Of a DNA stretch of 64,000 nt, positions 52,246 through 61,317 are shown one piece after another; within the stretch, counting starts at the first letter, position 1, and each line of letters begins with the position of its first letter. The position numbers and the translations under genes were made by a program. This DNA comes from a virus, in IMG/VR virus record IMGVR_UViG_3300002030_000028; one strand, 5' to 3'. Below the pieces are notes generated by a model. The model had not been told where the DNA came from. It worked only from the letters and a program-made list of their open reading frames with translations, and searched no databases.

Positions 52246-52820
52246 AATTTACCAACTTCATCACCGAACGCATCCCAGCCCTCGCGTTCCTCGCGCGCAA
52301 ACAAATCCATACGGTTATTGTTCGGGAACGGGTTCGGGAATAAGCTGATCATGTGATTGATGAGCTCATAAGCTTCTTCAGGTTTCCGGCTATGCTCACG
52401 CGCAAGCCCATCAAAACAAGTCGGGATATCTCTGGGTGTAGGGATATCTCCCATGATACCCAGAATGAAAGGCTCGGTCACTGATCTCAGGCGGTAGCCT
52501 GTACCCCATCGCATTTTCTGGTTTTTTGTGACCTTGCGCCAAACCCCATTGGCGATCGGGTTAAATCCCCACGCGCGCACGACACTAAATTGATGTTCAA
52601 GCATCGGGTGTGTTGCCCATAGCCATAGGAGGCAATCTCGTGCGCATGTCTGACCGATCGGCATGGCTTTAATTTGGTCGAGGCTCATAGTTTTGTATTG
52701 CCCGCCCGCGCCCTTCTCATTGCCGGCCTCGCTATACGTCTCAAAGCGCCACGGAGGGTCAGCGCATATAAGACTATATCTGAACAAAGGAACTTTTGAG
52801 ATGTCAGTGTAAACCGTCAT
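52242..52820 (-). CDS. MT-A70 family N6-adenine methyltransferase
   Basis: Catalytic CADPPWRF motif. 192 aa. Confidence 0.8.
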   Translation of the reverse strand: MTVYTDISKVPLFRYSLICADPPWRFETYSEAGNEKGAGGQYKTMSLDQIKAMPIGQTCARDCLLWLWATHPMLEHQFSVVRAWGFNPIANGVWRKVTKNQKMRWGTGYRLRSVTEPFILGIMGDIPTPRDIPTCFDGLAREHSRKPEEAYELINHMISLFPNPFPNNNRMDLFAREEREGWDAFGDEVGKF

Positions 52821-53311
52821 GACAATGACCGACTAAGGGCTTTATCAAAAGGATAATTATCAATTGTGGTCCCACGAGTCCTTTTGTGTTGACCTTTAAA
52901 AGAGTAGCCCGGCGGCATAAATTGACAGGTCTGAGCCACTTCTTCTATTGGTAAGTACGCAATTTTCATAATATCAAACGCAAGCATAGCAACTATATCG
53001 CACTGCTGTTTTGTTAAACGCTTACCGCCTGATTTACCTCTACGCCTTACATGAAAAGAATAACCTATTCTCTCGGTCTTACCTCGAGTGTTTATGTTTT
53101 TAGCAAATACTGTTGATTTCACCTGAACTCTTATAAGTCTCCCATCTATATCGACGACGATATCATACGGAAGTCCTTGGTCGCTTAGATACGCCTGATA
53201 ACCCATCATGATCAGATGCGCGCACACCATATGTTCAGCGGCCTTACCTGTTGGAAGCGCGCTTATAGGATTAGCTAGTGCCTTTAGTTGAGCTTCTGTA
53301 ATATCCATCAA
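52817..53311 (-). CDS. PD-(D/E)xK nuclease-fold protein
   Basis: AEHMVCAHLIMMGYQAYLSDQGLPYDIVVDIDGRLIRVQVKS fits the D...(D/E)xK core arrangement. Confidence 0.5.
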   Translation of the reverse strand: MMDITEAQLKALANPISALPTGKAAEHMVCAHLIMMGYQAYLSDQGLPYDIVVDIDGRLIRVQVKSTVFAKNINTRGKTERIGYSFHVRRRGKSGGKRLTKQQCDIVAMLAFDIMKIAYLPIEEVAQTCQFMPPGYSFKGQHKRTRGTTIDNYPFDKALSRSLS

Positions 53312-53547
53312 ATCACCCAGACTTTGATTTCAAGGAGGGGGTCTGGATTGTTTGGTTCTGCGTAGCTGTAATCGACGCTCTCAATCTTATACCTAGCATT
53401 CTCGATTGTTACCAAATCGCCTTTATTTGGGATGTGACGGAATGGCCATTCGGTTATAAATCTCGGCATGGTGGCCGATATGTTTTGCCAAACCTCGGCC
53501 TTATATTGCGCTTCAATCGCCATTGTATTGCTCCTCTTGATCTTCAA
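53308..53547 (-). CDS. hypothetical protein (79 aa)
   Basis: ORF track entry. Confidence 0.45.
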   Translation of the reverse strand: MKIKRSNTMAIEAQYKAEVWQNISATMPRFITEWPFRHIPNKGDLVTIENARYKIESVDYSYAEPNNPDPLLEIKVWVI

Positions 53548-53776
53548 TGAGCCGTCCGGGCCAGAACGGTGGTATCAGCAATGGGAATGATTTGATTACC
53601 TGAAGGTAAATAACAGCCGTTGGGTGCGGTCCAATCCCGCCTTTTTTCTGCCCTTCCCATTTCCGAAGTGTGTCGACCGTCACGTTCAGGACTTTAGCGG
53701 CCTCAGCGCGATCAAGCCCGAGGGACTTTCTCAGCGCGTAAAACTCATCTTTGGTCATTGACGTTTTAAAAGTCAT
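53513..53776 (-). CDS. helix-turn-helix protein (87 aa)
   Basis: MTKDEFYALRKSLGLDRAEAAKVLNVTVDTLRKWEG. The ATG at 53776 is preceded by copy 2 of the 26-nt leader motif. Confidence 0.6.
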   Translation of the reverse strand: MTFKTSMTKDEFYALRKSLGLDRAEAAKVLNVTVDTLRKWEGQKKGGIGPHPTAVIYLQVIKSFPLLIPPFWPGRLIEDQEEQYNGD

Positions 53777-53781
53777 CAAGC

Positions 53782-53807
53782 TTCCCTTCGGTGGGCGTCA
53801 TTGCCCT
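53782..53807 (-). repeat. Copy 2 of the 26-nt leader motif AGGGCAATGACGCCCACCGAAGGGAA
   Basis: The reverse complement of 53782-53807 matches 781-806 at 25 of 26 positions. Both copies end 5-6 nt before a start codon. Confidence 0.6.
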
Positions 53808-54041
53808 AAAAATGATGCGGGCCGGTCGTTACCCCGGCTCGGTCGGTTCCCGGTATTTCACCGGCTCGCCACCACACGTAGCACTCACGACCTGACCCCC
53901 AATCTAATTTAACGTCTCTCGAATTACCCGTGAGCACAGGACACCCCGAAGGGGTTATTGGTCAGGCTTGCGCTTCTAACTTTCAGCGCCGCCGCATCTC
54001 GATGCACCATACGCATCCGTGATACGCATGCAAGTGAAATC

Positions 54042-54230
54042 TTATTTTTTTGTTATTTTTGTTAACGTAAGGCATCCTGCGAAAGTCCTAAGAATGCGTT
54101 CAAATTCTTGATGGCATTCGTCATCTTGATGAGGATGAATAAGGTCATAATAATCTTCGATATGATTTTCGATATCCTGTATAAATCTGTAATAATCATG
54201 GGAATCAAATTTTAGAGTTAAAGTCATCAT
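54042..54230 (-). CDS. hypothetical protein (62 aa)
   Basis: ORF track entry. 4-nt overlap with the primase gene. Confidence 0.45.
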   Translation of the reverse strand: MMTLTLKFDSHDYYRFIQDIENHIEDYYDLIHPHQDDECHQEFERILRTFAGCLTLTKITKK

Positions 54231-55909
54231 TTTTCTGTCCTCCGTCTTCGACGCTGTTCAAAAATAGCGTCATGAAGGGCTTTAGGTTCATCTGAGGGTG
54301 GTTTAAGGTGATAAACAGATCTCACAACCGAATGCCACTGTGACGAGCCTGAATCTATGCTGCCGGAATAAGGGTAACTCTCAAGCATATCAGCGGCGAT
54401 ATTGTTGAACTTGACCAATAGCGTATCTATTACCACTGATCTGTTGATATCCATCCCGTCTTGGTAAAGTTGAAACATGGCTTCAAAAATGGAGTGGCAT
54501 TCCGATGACCAATGAGCGGTGGCTAAGTCCTCGGCTATCTCGTCAATGAGGTCCGGATTATCGATACATGTCGCTAATATGCCCAGCCCCCTGTGGGAAG
54601 CGATATCCCCTGATGCAATTGACTTGCTGTTATTCTTCTGGCCCCGGCGATAGTGCTCTCGGGTCCATTGAAAGAAAGCTTCGCGATAGTGCTTCTGAGT
54701 TTCGCGGTCTTTTATCAAAGACAGGTGTTCATTCAGCCGAGTTTTGAACGCTGTCCGGCGCTCGGGGGTGTCGAGGGCGTCAACTTCCCGTTCAAGTTCC
54801 CATGTCTTGCGTGGCAACGAGGTGGGGTTTTTGACAATATCAGCAAGCCCGCGCGAGCCTTTTTGTCTTAATACGTCATCAGGGTCTTGCCCGGCTGGTA
54901 TCTGGGCAAATAGCACCGTTCGGCCTTGTTCAACCTCGGGGAGAACCTTTTTTATCAGCCTCAAGGCCGCGCGACGGCCCGCTGCATCGCCATCAAGGCA
55001 TATTATGGGCTCCGGTCCCCATCGCCATATCTCGCGCATATGGGCTTCTGTAACGCTGGTTCCGAGAGGCGCGACCGCTATTGGAAGACCTGCTCGAGCG
55101 AAAGCGATAACATCAAGATACCCTTCGGAGAGTATGAGGCCCTGTGCATCGCGCTTTACCGTAAGTCCTTTTTTGGCAGTATCGATGCCGTACAGCGTGT
55201 TTGATTTGTGAAATACCGGGGAGTCCGGTCCATTAAGATATTTTGGTTTTTGGTCCTGATCGAGAGCTCGGGCACCGAATGAAACAACGCGGCCTTGCGT
55301 ATCACGTATCGGAAAGGTCAGACGGTTTCTATAAAAGCCGAATTGCCCGCGCGAGCTCTGTTTTGTCAGACCGGCCTCGATAAGGATATCGTTATTGTAT
55401 TTTCCAGATAGAAATCTTGGTATCGCGCTCCAGTCTTCTGGCGCGAAACCGATACCCCATTCCTTTATGGTTTGAGCGTCTATCCCTCTTGACTGAACAT
55501 ATGATTTTGCAAGTTCGCTATTGTTGAGCTCGGCAGAAAATAACGCTTGAGCGTCATTCATCGCGGCGTATATGAGCTTCCGGCGGTCATCTTTCTGACG
55601 CTCTTCCGGGGTATATTTTGGCAGCTCAACGCCGGCCATATCCGCAAGCCGTTCAATCGCTTGCGGGAAGGTGCAATTTTCAAACTCCATAAATAGCGTG
55701 AATACGTCACCACCTATTCCTGAAGAGAAGCATTTAAATATTTGCTTAGTGTCATTGACGTAAAAGCTTGGCGTCTTCTCTTGGGTGAATGGTGACAGGC
55801 CCGCGAGCTCACGGCCCGAGCGTTTAAGCTTGACCCGCTTGCTCGCGATATCACTGACCTTTATTCGTTTGCGAATCTCATCTTTGAAACTGTCCGAATA
55901 GCGAGGCAT
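54227..55909 (-). CDS. dnaG: DnaG-type primase (TOPRIM) with a degenerate zinc-binding domain
   Basis: SPFTQEKTPSFYVN...FKCFSSGIGGDVF aligns with CPFHxEKTPSF...CFGCG, but three of the four ligands are replaced. TOPRIM motifs LSEGYLDV and CLDGDAAG. Confidence 0.8.
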   Translation of the reverse strand: MPRYSDSFKDEIRKRIKVSDIASKRVKLKRSGRELAGLSPFTQEKTPSFYVNDTKQIFKCFSSGIGGDVFTLFMEFENCTFPQAIERLADMAGVELPKYTPEERQKDDRRKLIYAAMNDAQALFSAELNNSELAKSYVQSRGIDAQTIKEWGIGFAPEDWSAIPRFLSGKYNNDILIEAGLTKQSSRGQFGFYRNRLTFPIRDTQGRVVSFGARALDQDQKPKYLNGPDSPVFHKSNTLYGIDTAKKGLTVKRDAQGLILSEGYLDVIAFARAGLPIAVAPLGTSVTEAHMREIWRWGPEPIICLDGDAAGRRAALRLIKKVLPEVEQGRTVLFAQIPAGQDPDDVLRQKGSRGLADIVKNPTSLPRKTWELEREVDALDTPERRTAFKTRLNEHLSLIKDRETQKHYREAFFQWTREHYRRGQKNNSKSIASGDIASHRGLGILATCIDNPDLIDEIAEDLATAHWSSECHSIFEAMFQLYQDGMDINRSVVIDTLLVKFNNIAADMLESYPYSGSIDSGSSQWHSVVRSVYHLKPPSDEPKALHDAIFEQRRRRRTEK

Positions 55910-56118
55910 TACCGCGCCTGCTTTTTCACCGGATAGCCATTATGGGTTTCGGAGACAATCACATGCCGAATTTGCTTTCGATGACCGTTCCCAAATTTTT
56001 GTTTTTTTGGTCTCGCGCGTGACAGAAAGCCTCTGGATAACCAGTACTCATTGATCTTTTTGGCGAGTATCTGGTTGTTACGCAGGTCAGTTTCCAAGTC
56101 TCTTTTCGCGGAAAGCAT
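55909..56118 (-). CDS. hypothetical basic protein (69 aa)
   Basis: Track ORF trimmed to the ATG at 56118, 6 nt after GGAGG and 1 nt after the upstream stop. Confidence 0.45.
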   Translation of the reverse strand: MLSAKRDLETDLRNNQILAKKINEYWLSRGFLSRARPKKQKFGNGHRKQIRHVIVSETHNGYPVKKQAR

Positions 56119-56119
56119 A

Positions 56120-57415
56120 TTACGCCTCCGAGTTAATCTGACCGTTCTCAATAACGATGCCAGATTTTCCACTTTGATCAACACGCTCAATCCAGATTTG
56201 GAAATCGTGCTTCTCGGCGTATTCTGCGAGGGCTTTCATGCCATCCTTATCGATCAGAGATCCGTCGCGCACCCGGCATATGCGGAGCTGAGGGTTCATC
56301 GCGATCGCTATCTCAATAGCCGCGCGAAGCTGTTGCGCGTCACTGGCTTGCGAGAAGGGGATATCGTTGAGCAGGATATGATCGTCACTAAACGAAATAC
56401 CGTCGACCGGCATATCGCTATTCAAAACAGCAGTGGCCTGCTCTGCATCTAAGGCTTCTATCTTCGCACTGAGCTCTTCCGATGACCGTTGCGCTTCTTC
56501 AAATTCAGCTTGAAGGCGTTCACGCTCTTTTTGTTGGGAGACTAATTCTGATTGTGATCGCGCTGTATCGAGGTCTGCTTTGAAAGGCATCAGGTCAACA
56601 TCTTCTGCATGGTCCCGCTGCGATATACGCTTTAACCCTATAATCTGATCATTGTGGGTGCCGCGCTGGGATTGCAGGCTTGATATTTTTGCTTGCAAGT
56701 CAATAATCTCATTATCAATTACCGCGATTTGCGTTTCATGATGTGCTTGATCTGATATCGCTTTAGTTATTTTAGCGTTTCTCTCTGAGACCTCGCGGGA
56801 TCTTTTCATAGCCTCTTCGTAAGCCGACATTGCTTTATCGAGGTCAATAATCTCTCCATCAGATGGTTCAGGAATCGCATCAATGCGGCTTTTGAGGTTT
56901 TTCACATCCCGGTTCGCGTCTGTGCGATCGTCATACAGACCCTTTCGGCGTTGCGCCGCGTCCTGAAAGTCAAAGTCAGTGACGAATTCCCGTAATATTT
57001 TGAGCTGATCGACGGGCTTTTGGCGTGTGAAATGTAGCGGATCAAAGGTGAGGTCGCCCACGATGGCGTCGAGAATGGATTGGGGTGAACCGTATTTCGC
57101 GCCGTCTTCATTTTGAACCAGAAGCTTAGTGGTATAGCCGCCATCTTCTTTGGCCGTGAAGGTGCGGGTGACGATCAGAGATCCGAGGCTCAATTCGATC
57201 ACGGCCTGCTCTTCACCGTCACGGATAGGTTTACCTTGAACATTTTTGGTTCCCGCGAGCGCCCACCAGATGGCATCCAGAACGCTGGTTTTGCCGGCGC
57301 CATTCCGGCCCGTTATCTCAACCATGTTGCCATCAGGTTGGATGTCGACCGCCACAAGGCGTTTGATGTTCTCGGCTGTTAGGCGGACAATGCGATATGA
57401 TTTGTCGTTTGACAT
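56120..57415 (-). CDS. SMC/RecF/SbcC-like AAA ATPase (431 aa)
   Basis: Track ORF trimmed to the ATG at 57415 after AAGGAG. N-terminus RLTAENIKRLVAVDIQPDGNMVEITGRNGAGKTSVLDAIWWAL, central coiled coil, C-terminal ATPase lobe. Confidence 0.7.
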   Translation of the reverse strand: MSNDKSYRIVRLTAENIKRLVAVDIQPDGNMVEITGRNGAGKTSVLDAIWWALAGTKNVQGKPIRDGEEQAVIELSLGSLIVTRTFTAKEDGGYTTKLLVQNEDGAKYGSPQSILDAIVGDLTFDPLHFTRQKPVDQLKILREFVTDFDFQDAAQRRKGLYDDRTDANRDVKNLKSRIDAIPEPSDGEIIDLDKAMSAYEEAMKRSREVSERNAKITKAISDQAHHETQIAVIDNEIIDLQAKISSLQSQRGTHNDQIIGLKRISQRDHAEDVDLMPFKADLDTARSQSELVSQQKERERLQAEFEEAQRSSEELSAKIEALDAEQATAVLNSDMPVDGISFSDDHILLNDIPFSQASDAQQLRAAIEIAIAMNPQLRICRVRDGSLIDKDGMKALAEYAEKHDFQIWIERVDQSGKSGIVIENGQINSEA

Positions 57416-57497
57416 GATGTTCTCCTTTTCAATTTTCGCTCTTCCAGCATAGCTGCACCTAAAAACCACTTCAAGTAAAATATGAAAATATTGTGCT

Positions 57498-58172
57498 GTG
57501 GCTGGATCTCGGTATGATCTGCGAATGCGAGAAATACCCCAGCCCCCGGCTGTCAAAACCATTCCTGATAAGAAATGCGATACACCCAGCTTGAGGGTTG
57601 ATCGCTACTGGCACCGCCACCCCGTGCGGGCCTTCGCGCTTATGCGTGCCCTGATGAGGTCAAACCCGAAACCATATGAAAATGAATGGCCGAAGTTTGT
57701 TGCGCCATCTAAGTGGTGCCCGGTTGAAAGAAAACGCATCTATGGAACCGAAAAACCAAAATTCAGAATACCCCCACAGCCCTATAAGTACGGATGCCCA
57801 ATGTGTGGTTTGACGCGCTATAATTTAGGGTGGCATAGTGATTGGGACGGTCAAGGAATGTCCGATAGGGGGTATTGGCACAAAGCCTGCGGGGCCGCAT
57901 TTGGAATGATGCAGGCGCCCAATAGTTACAATAAGTTTTTCAAAGAACGTCAGAACGGGCTGTGCGCCATAACGGGAGAAAAGCTTGTTTCGAATGAATA
58001 TAATATAGATCACATGATACCGCTTTACCGAGTATACCGTGATTTCGGTCACTTGCCTCTCGATGAGATTATAGGGTTTTGGGGTCCGAAAAATTTGAGA
58101 GCGATATCGCTCGAGGCCCATAAGGTGAAAAACAAAGAAGAAGCTGAAGAGCGCGCATCTTATGCCGGGTGA
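57498..58172 (+). CDS. HNH endonuclease (plus-strand gene inside the minus-strand module)
   Basis: YNIDHMIPLYRV...NLRAISLEAHKVKN is an HNH core. Start is uncertain (GTG 57498 or ATG 57525). Confidence 0.6.
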   Translation: MAGSRYDLRMREIPQPPAVKTIPDKKCDTPSLRVDRYWHRHPVRAFALMRALMRSNPKPYENEWPKFVAPSKWCPVERKRIYGTEKPKFRIPPQPYKYGCPMCGLTRYNLGWHSDWDGQGMSDRGYWHKACGAAFGMMQAPNSYNKFFKERQNGLCAITGEKLVSNEYNIDHMIPLYRVYRDFGHLPLDEIIGFWGPKNLRAISLEAHKVKNKEEAEERASYAG

Positions 58173-58714
58173 CGGCCCAGCGATCGGCAGTAATGAGCGC
58201 CACAGTATTTCCCTTTTTCACGCTTTGCCCCGCATGCTCTGACGTGATCGATCGGCCATAGGCATGTGTCGGCCACTATCGCGTCGTAATAATCAATCGG
58301 GTTAATTTCGTGAATGGATAGCTCATAATTACACCTTTTCGCCGCGATACGGATATCGGTGATATTGCAATCAAACCCATGTTTTCGAGCTGCCCAGCAT
58401 ATGGTTTCTTCGCTCTGTCCCTTTGGTCTCGCATTGACGTAATCGACGAGAGCCTTTGTCTTTTTCAAGACCCTTCTCCCCGGAGGCGCTGCGGTTATTC
58501 CGATTATCTGAGATTTAGAACGCGCTTCTGAGGCTATCCTGATTTCATCAATTATGTGCGGCGCGCGCTCGGTTATTTCATCCTCGATACGCTGCGCCGT
58601 CATGAGGCCAGAACCGTTACGGCTCATAATTTCAGCGGTTTCTTTGAAACCGTACCCCTGAACGCTCGTAAGTTTTATTGCCAAATCGAGTTCGTTTGTC
58701 GTGAATGGCGTCAT
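58160..58714 (-). CDS. gcrA: GcrA-like cell-cycle regulator homolog
   Basis: C-terminus CLWPIDHVRACGAKREKGKYCGAHYCRS resembles the conserved GcrA C-terminal block (C-WP...CG...YC..H). Confidence 0.5.
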   Translation of the reverse strand: MTPFTTNELDLAIKLTSVQGYGFKETAEIMSRNGSGLMTAQRIEDEITERAPHIIDEIRIASEARSKSQIIGITAAPPGRRVLKKTKALVDYVNARPKGQSEETICWAARKHGFDCNITDIRIAAKRCNYELSIHEINPIDYYDAIVADTCLWPIDHVRACGAKREKGKYCGAHYCRSLGRHPA

Positions 58715-58742
58715 AAATTTTTCTCAAAAGAATCGGTGTGTA

Positions 58743-59711
58743 TTATTTTTCTATCCCAAAACCGTTTTCTTTCAAAATATCAGCAGGCGCTAAGCAGCCT
58801 TCATCGCCCGGGGGTGGTCCCATTCCGCTCCAATCGCCCTGATCGGCAAAACGCCGGACGCATCCGCGCCAATAATCCAGCGGAAGACTTTCAACATCAA
58901 CGCCGGCGGAATCTTCCGTCTCATTACCGGATCTATGATCGAAAGGTTTATCGCGATATCTGGTTTTATAATCGATAGCTTTTCGGTCCAGCCAGCTTTT
59001 GAATGTTCGCTTCCATCCGCTAGCCGTCTTCTTACCTTTTTTGGTCTTTGCCTGATCTCGCCAGTAATCCACCATCTCAGCAATGATGTTATTGAACTCC
59101 TGAAGTTCAAAGCGTTTATCGATAAGGGCGTAATCCTTGAGCTCAGCACCGATATAGAACGGTGTTGGTAAAGCATACTTTTGGTCTTTCTCCATAATCG
59201 CAAGACTGCCAGCTTTTTTGTCAGCCTTTGACCAATCTATATCAGGCTTTTTCGCAGGAGGGTCGCTCGCGACCCCACCTTGTTTATCCTTTATATTTGT
59301 CTTTCCTTTATCTTGTTTATCCTTATGCGGGCGGGTTTCCCGAACTTCGGTTTTACCGACGGTCGGGTTTTCCGGCGGTCGGTTATCCGGTAGTGTGTCC
59401 GGGTTTTCAGGAATGGATTTGTCAGGGGTTGGGTAGATATGCCAATCATATCCCTGCCATCTGCCTTGAGCATCATGAGCTTTTTTTATCTCAAGATATC
59501 CCGCGTCGATCAACTCCCGCCTCATGCGATCATATTTCTCTTTACCGCACGCGCATTTTTTAATCATATCGTTGCGGTTAAAGGTCCACTCAGAGCTATG
59601 CGTCATCATGAGAGCCAAGAGACCGCGCGCGCCAATCGATATATTCTCATCCCTCATAGCGGCGTATGGAACGGGAGCAAATCCGCTTTCATATACAAAC
59701 CTATTGCCCAT
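58743..59711 (-). CDS. replication initiation/organizer-like HTH protein
   Basis: Track ORF trimmed to the ATG at 59711 after GGGAGGA. Winged-helix-like N-terminus FAPVPYAAMRDENISIGARGLLALMMTH...RRELIDAGYLEI. Lies upstream of the GcrA-like gene and downstream of dnaB. Confidence 0.5.
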   Translation of the reverse strand: MGNRFVYESGFAPVPYAAMRDENISIGARGLLALMMTHSSEWTFNRNDMIKKCACGKEKYDRMRRELIDAGYLEIKKAHDAQGRWQGYDWHIYPTPDKSIPENPDTLPDNRPPENPTVGKTEVRETRPHKDKQDKGKTNIKDKQGGVASDPPAKKPDIDWSKADKKAGSLAIMEKDQKYALPTPFYIGAELKDYALIDKRFELQEFNNIIAEMVDYWRDQAKTKKGKKTASGWKRTFKSWLDRKAIDYKTRYRDKPFDHRSGNETEDSAGVDVESLPLDYWRGCVRRFADQGDWSGMGPPPGDEGCLAPADILKENGFGIEK

Positions 59712-59867
59712 TTTTGTCCTCCCGTTTGATGTAAATTCTTTTCTTGTCTTTAGTGTTGAACATGCGGTAAAACCTATTTGTTGATGATGGTGACGCGCCT
59801 TTGGCCGTTTAACTTTTTCAATTTTCGCACGAGCCTCAGATTTCGGTCTGAGGCTCATTCGTATCTG

Positions 59868-61316
59868 TTAGAATATTGATGTGCCGTGGAGGTCATGCGG
59901 GTCGCAGTCGCCGACATAACCGGTCAGTGTGTCACACCAAAACGTATCAGATCCCACAGGTCCAATCCTTTGTTTTCCGATGATCAGTTGAAACTGATGG
60001 CGTGTTCTTTCGAGCTCGACAGTCCATTGAATATGTTTTTCGTTGGATTTGTCAGCTGGTTCAGAGCGTTCGACATAGTAGTGATGCCGGTACGCGAACA
60101 TTACGATATCGGCGTCTTGCTCAATCGAGCCGGAGTCTCTGAGGTCGGATAATTGAGGGCGTTTGTCGTCTCTGTTCTCAACTTGTCTCGATAGTTGAGA
60201 GAGAGCTATAACGGGTATGTCGAGCTTTTTAGCGATACGCTTCAGGCCCGCCGATATGTTGGTTATAGCGGCCTGCTTATTGCCTCGGTCTTCAGGTGGC
60301 GGGTTAATGATTTGAAGATAGTCAACCACGATCATATCGAGATAACCGTGCATGCGGATAAGGTTGAGTGCGCGGATCTCGATATCGCGAATTGTGATGC
60401 CAGCATCGTCATCAATACTGATGTTCTCACCGATATCGGCGGCATGGGTGCCCATAGCGTCCAGATGCTCTTCAGAGATATCGTATGATCGCATGTTCAG
60501 TGATGAGTATCGTTTACCGAAACGCTTGTGCGAATTGGTTGTCATAAAGCGCCCGAGAACCTTATCGGTATCCATCTCGAGGCTGAAAAATGCCACATGT
60601 GCGCGTTTTCCGGGAGCCTTCAGAGAGGGGCTTGAGGCCACGCCTTCGATGATATTCAGGGCTTTCATGGTCTTACCCATACTTGGGCGCCCGGCAAGGA
60701 TGATCAGGTCGCTGGGAAAGAACCCGCCGCCAAGTCGCCTGTCCAGAACCCCGCTGCCACTTGATAGAAACGGTTTATCATCGGCATTTTTTCCCGCCCG
60801 TATGCGCTCCACGTACTCTCTGATGCCCGGAATGATCTTCACCGGGGGTTTGACGGTACTGCCCATCATGACGGCTGATAGCGTCTCTGATGCTTTCACC
60901 GCTATATCGCCAGCTTTTTGGCCGACCTCTGGCTTAACGCATGCGGCTTCGATCGATTGCGACATTCTGATCAGCTCTCGCCGGTTTTGAAGGTCGATCA
61001 GGATTTCAGCATATTCAGGTATCTCTGGCTCGAGCGCCGCGTTGCTAACCATCTTCGCGAGGTATTGTTCACCGCCAATCTTTTTCAAAAGGTCTTCGCG
61101 GTGAAAGAACTCAAGCAGTGTATTTGGGTCCGCTGAGCTTCCCTCAGAGTTTAATTTTGTGAGTGCGTTCCATATGATTTGATGTTGTTCACCAAAAAAA
61201 GAGGCGTCGGACAGTTTGTCCGACACCATTATGATTTCGCGGTTGTCAAAGATCAGGGCGCCCAAAAGTGACTGCTCAACGCCCAGATTACAGGGTAGTG
61301 TATGTATGTCTTGCAT
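59868..61316 (-). CDS. dnaB: replicative DNA helicase DnaB
   Basis: LPCNLGVEQSLLGALIFDN N-terminus, Walker A GRPSMGKT, Walker B MIVVDYLQ, ALSQLSRQVENR, DSGSIEQDADIV. Confidence 0.9.
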   Translation of the reverse strand: MQDIHTLPCNLGVEQSLLGALIFDNREIIMVSDKLSDASFFGEQHQIIWNALTKLNSEGSSADPNTLLEFFHREDLLKKIGGEQYLAKMVSNAALEPEIPEYAEILIDLQNRRELIRMSQSIEAACVKPEVGQKAGDIAVKASETLSAVMMGSTVKPPVKIIPGIREYVERIRAGKNADDKPFLSSGSGVLDRRLGGGFFPSDLIILAGRPSMGKTMKALNIIEGVASSPSLKAPGKRAHVAFFSLEMDTDKVLGRFMTTNSHKRFGKRYSSLNMRSYDISEEHLDAMGTHAADIGENISIDDDAGITIRDIEIRALNLIRMHGYLDMIVVDYLQIINPPPEDRGNKQAAITNISAGLKRIAKKLDIPVIALSQLSRQVENRDDKRPQLSDLRDSGSIEQDADIVMFAYRHHYYVERSEPADKSNEKHIQWTVELERTRHQFQLIIGKQRIGPVGSDTFWCDTLTGYVGDCDPHDLHGTSIF

Positions 61317-61317
61317 C

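Noticed and set aside
57651-57672. CUGAUGAG...CGAAAC pair inside the HNH gene that looks like a hammerhead core
   Set aside because: Stem II would be only 2 bp. There is no UH cleavage site with a matching stem III, no clean stem I, and it lies in a coding frame. Probably a chance match.
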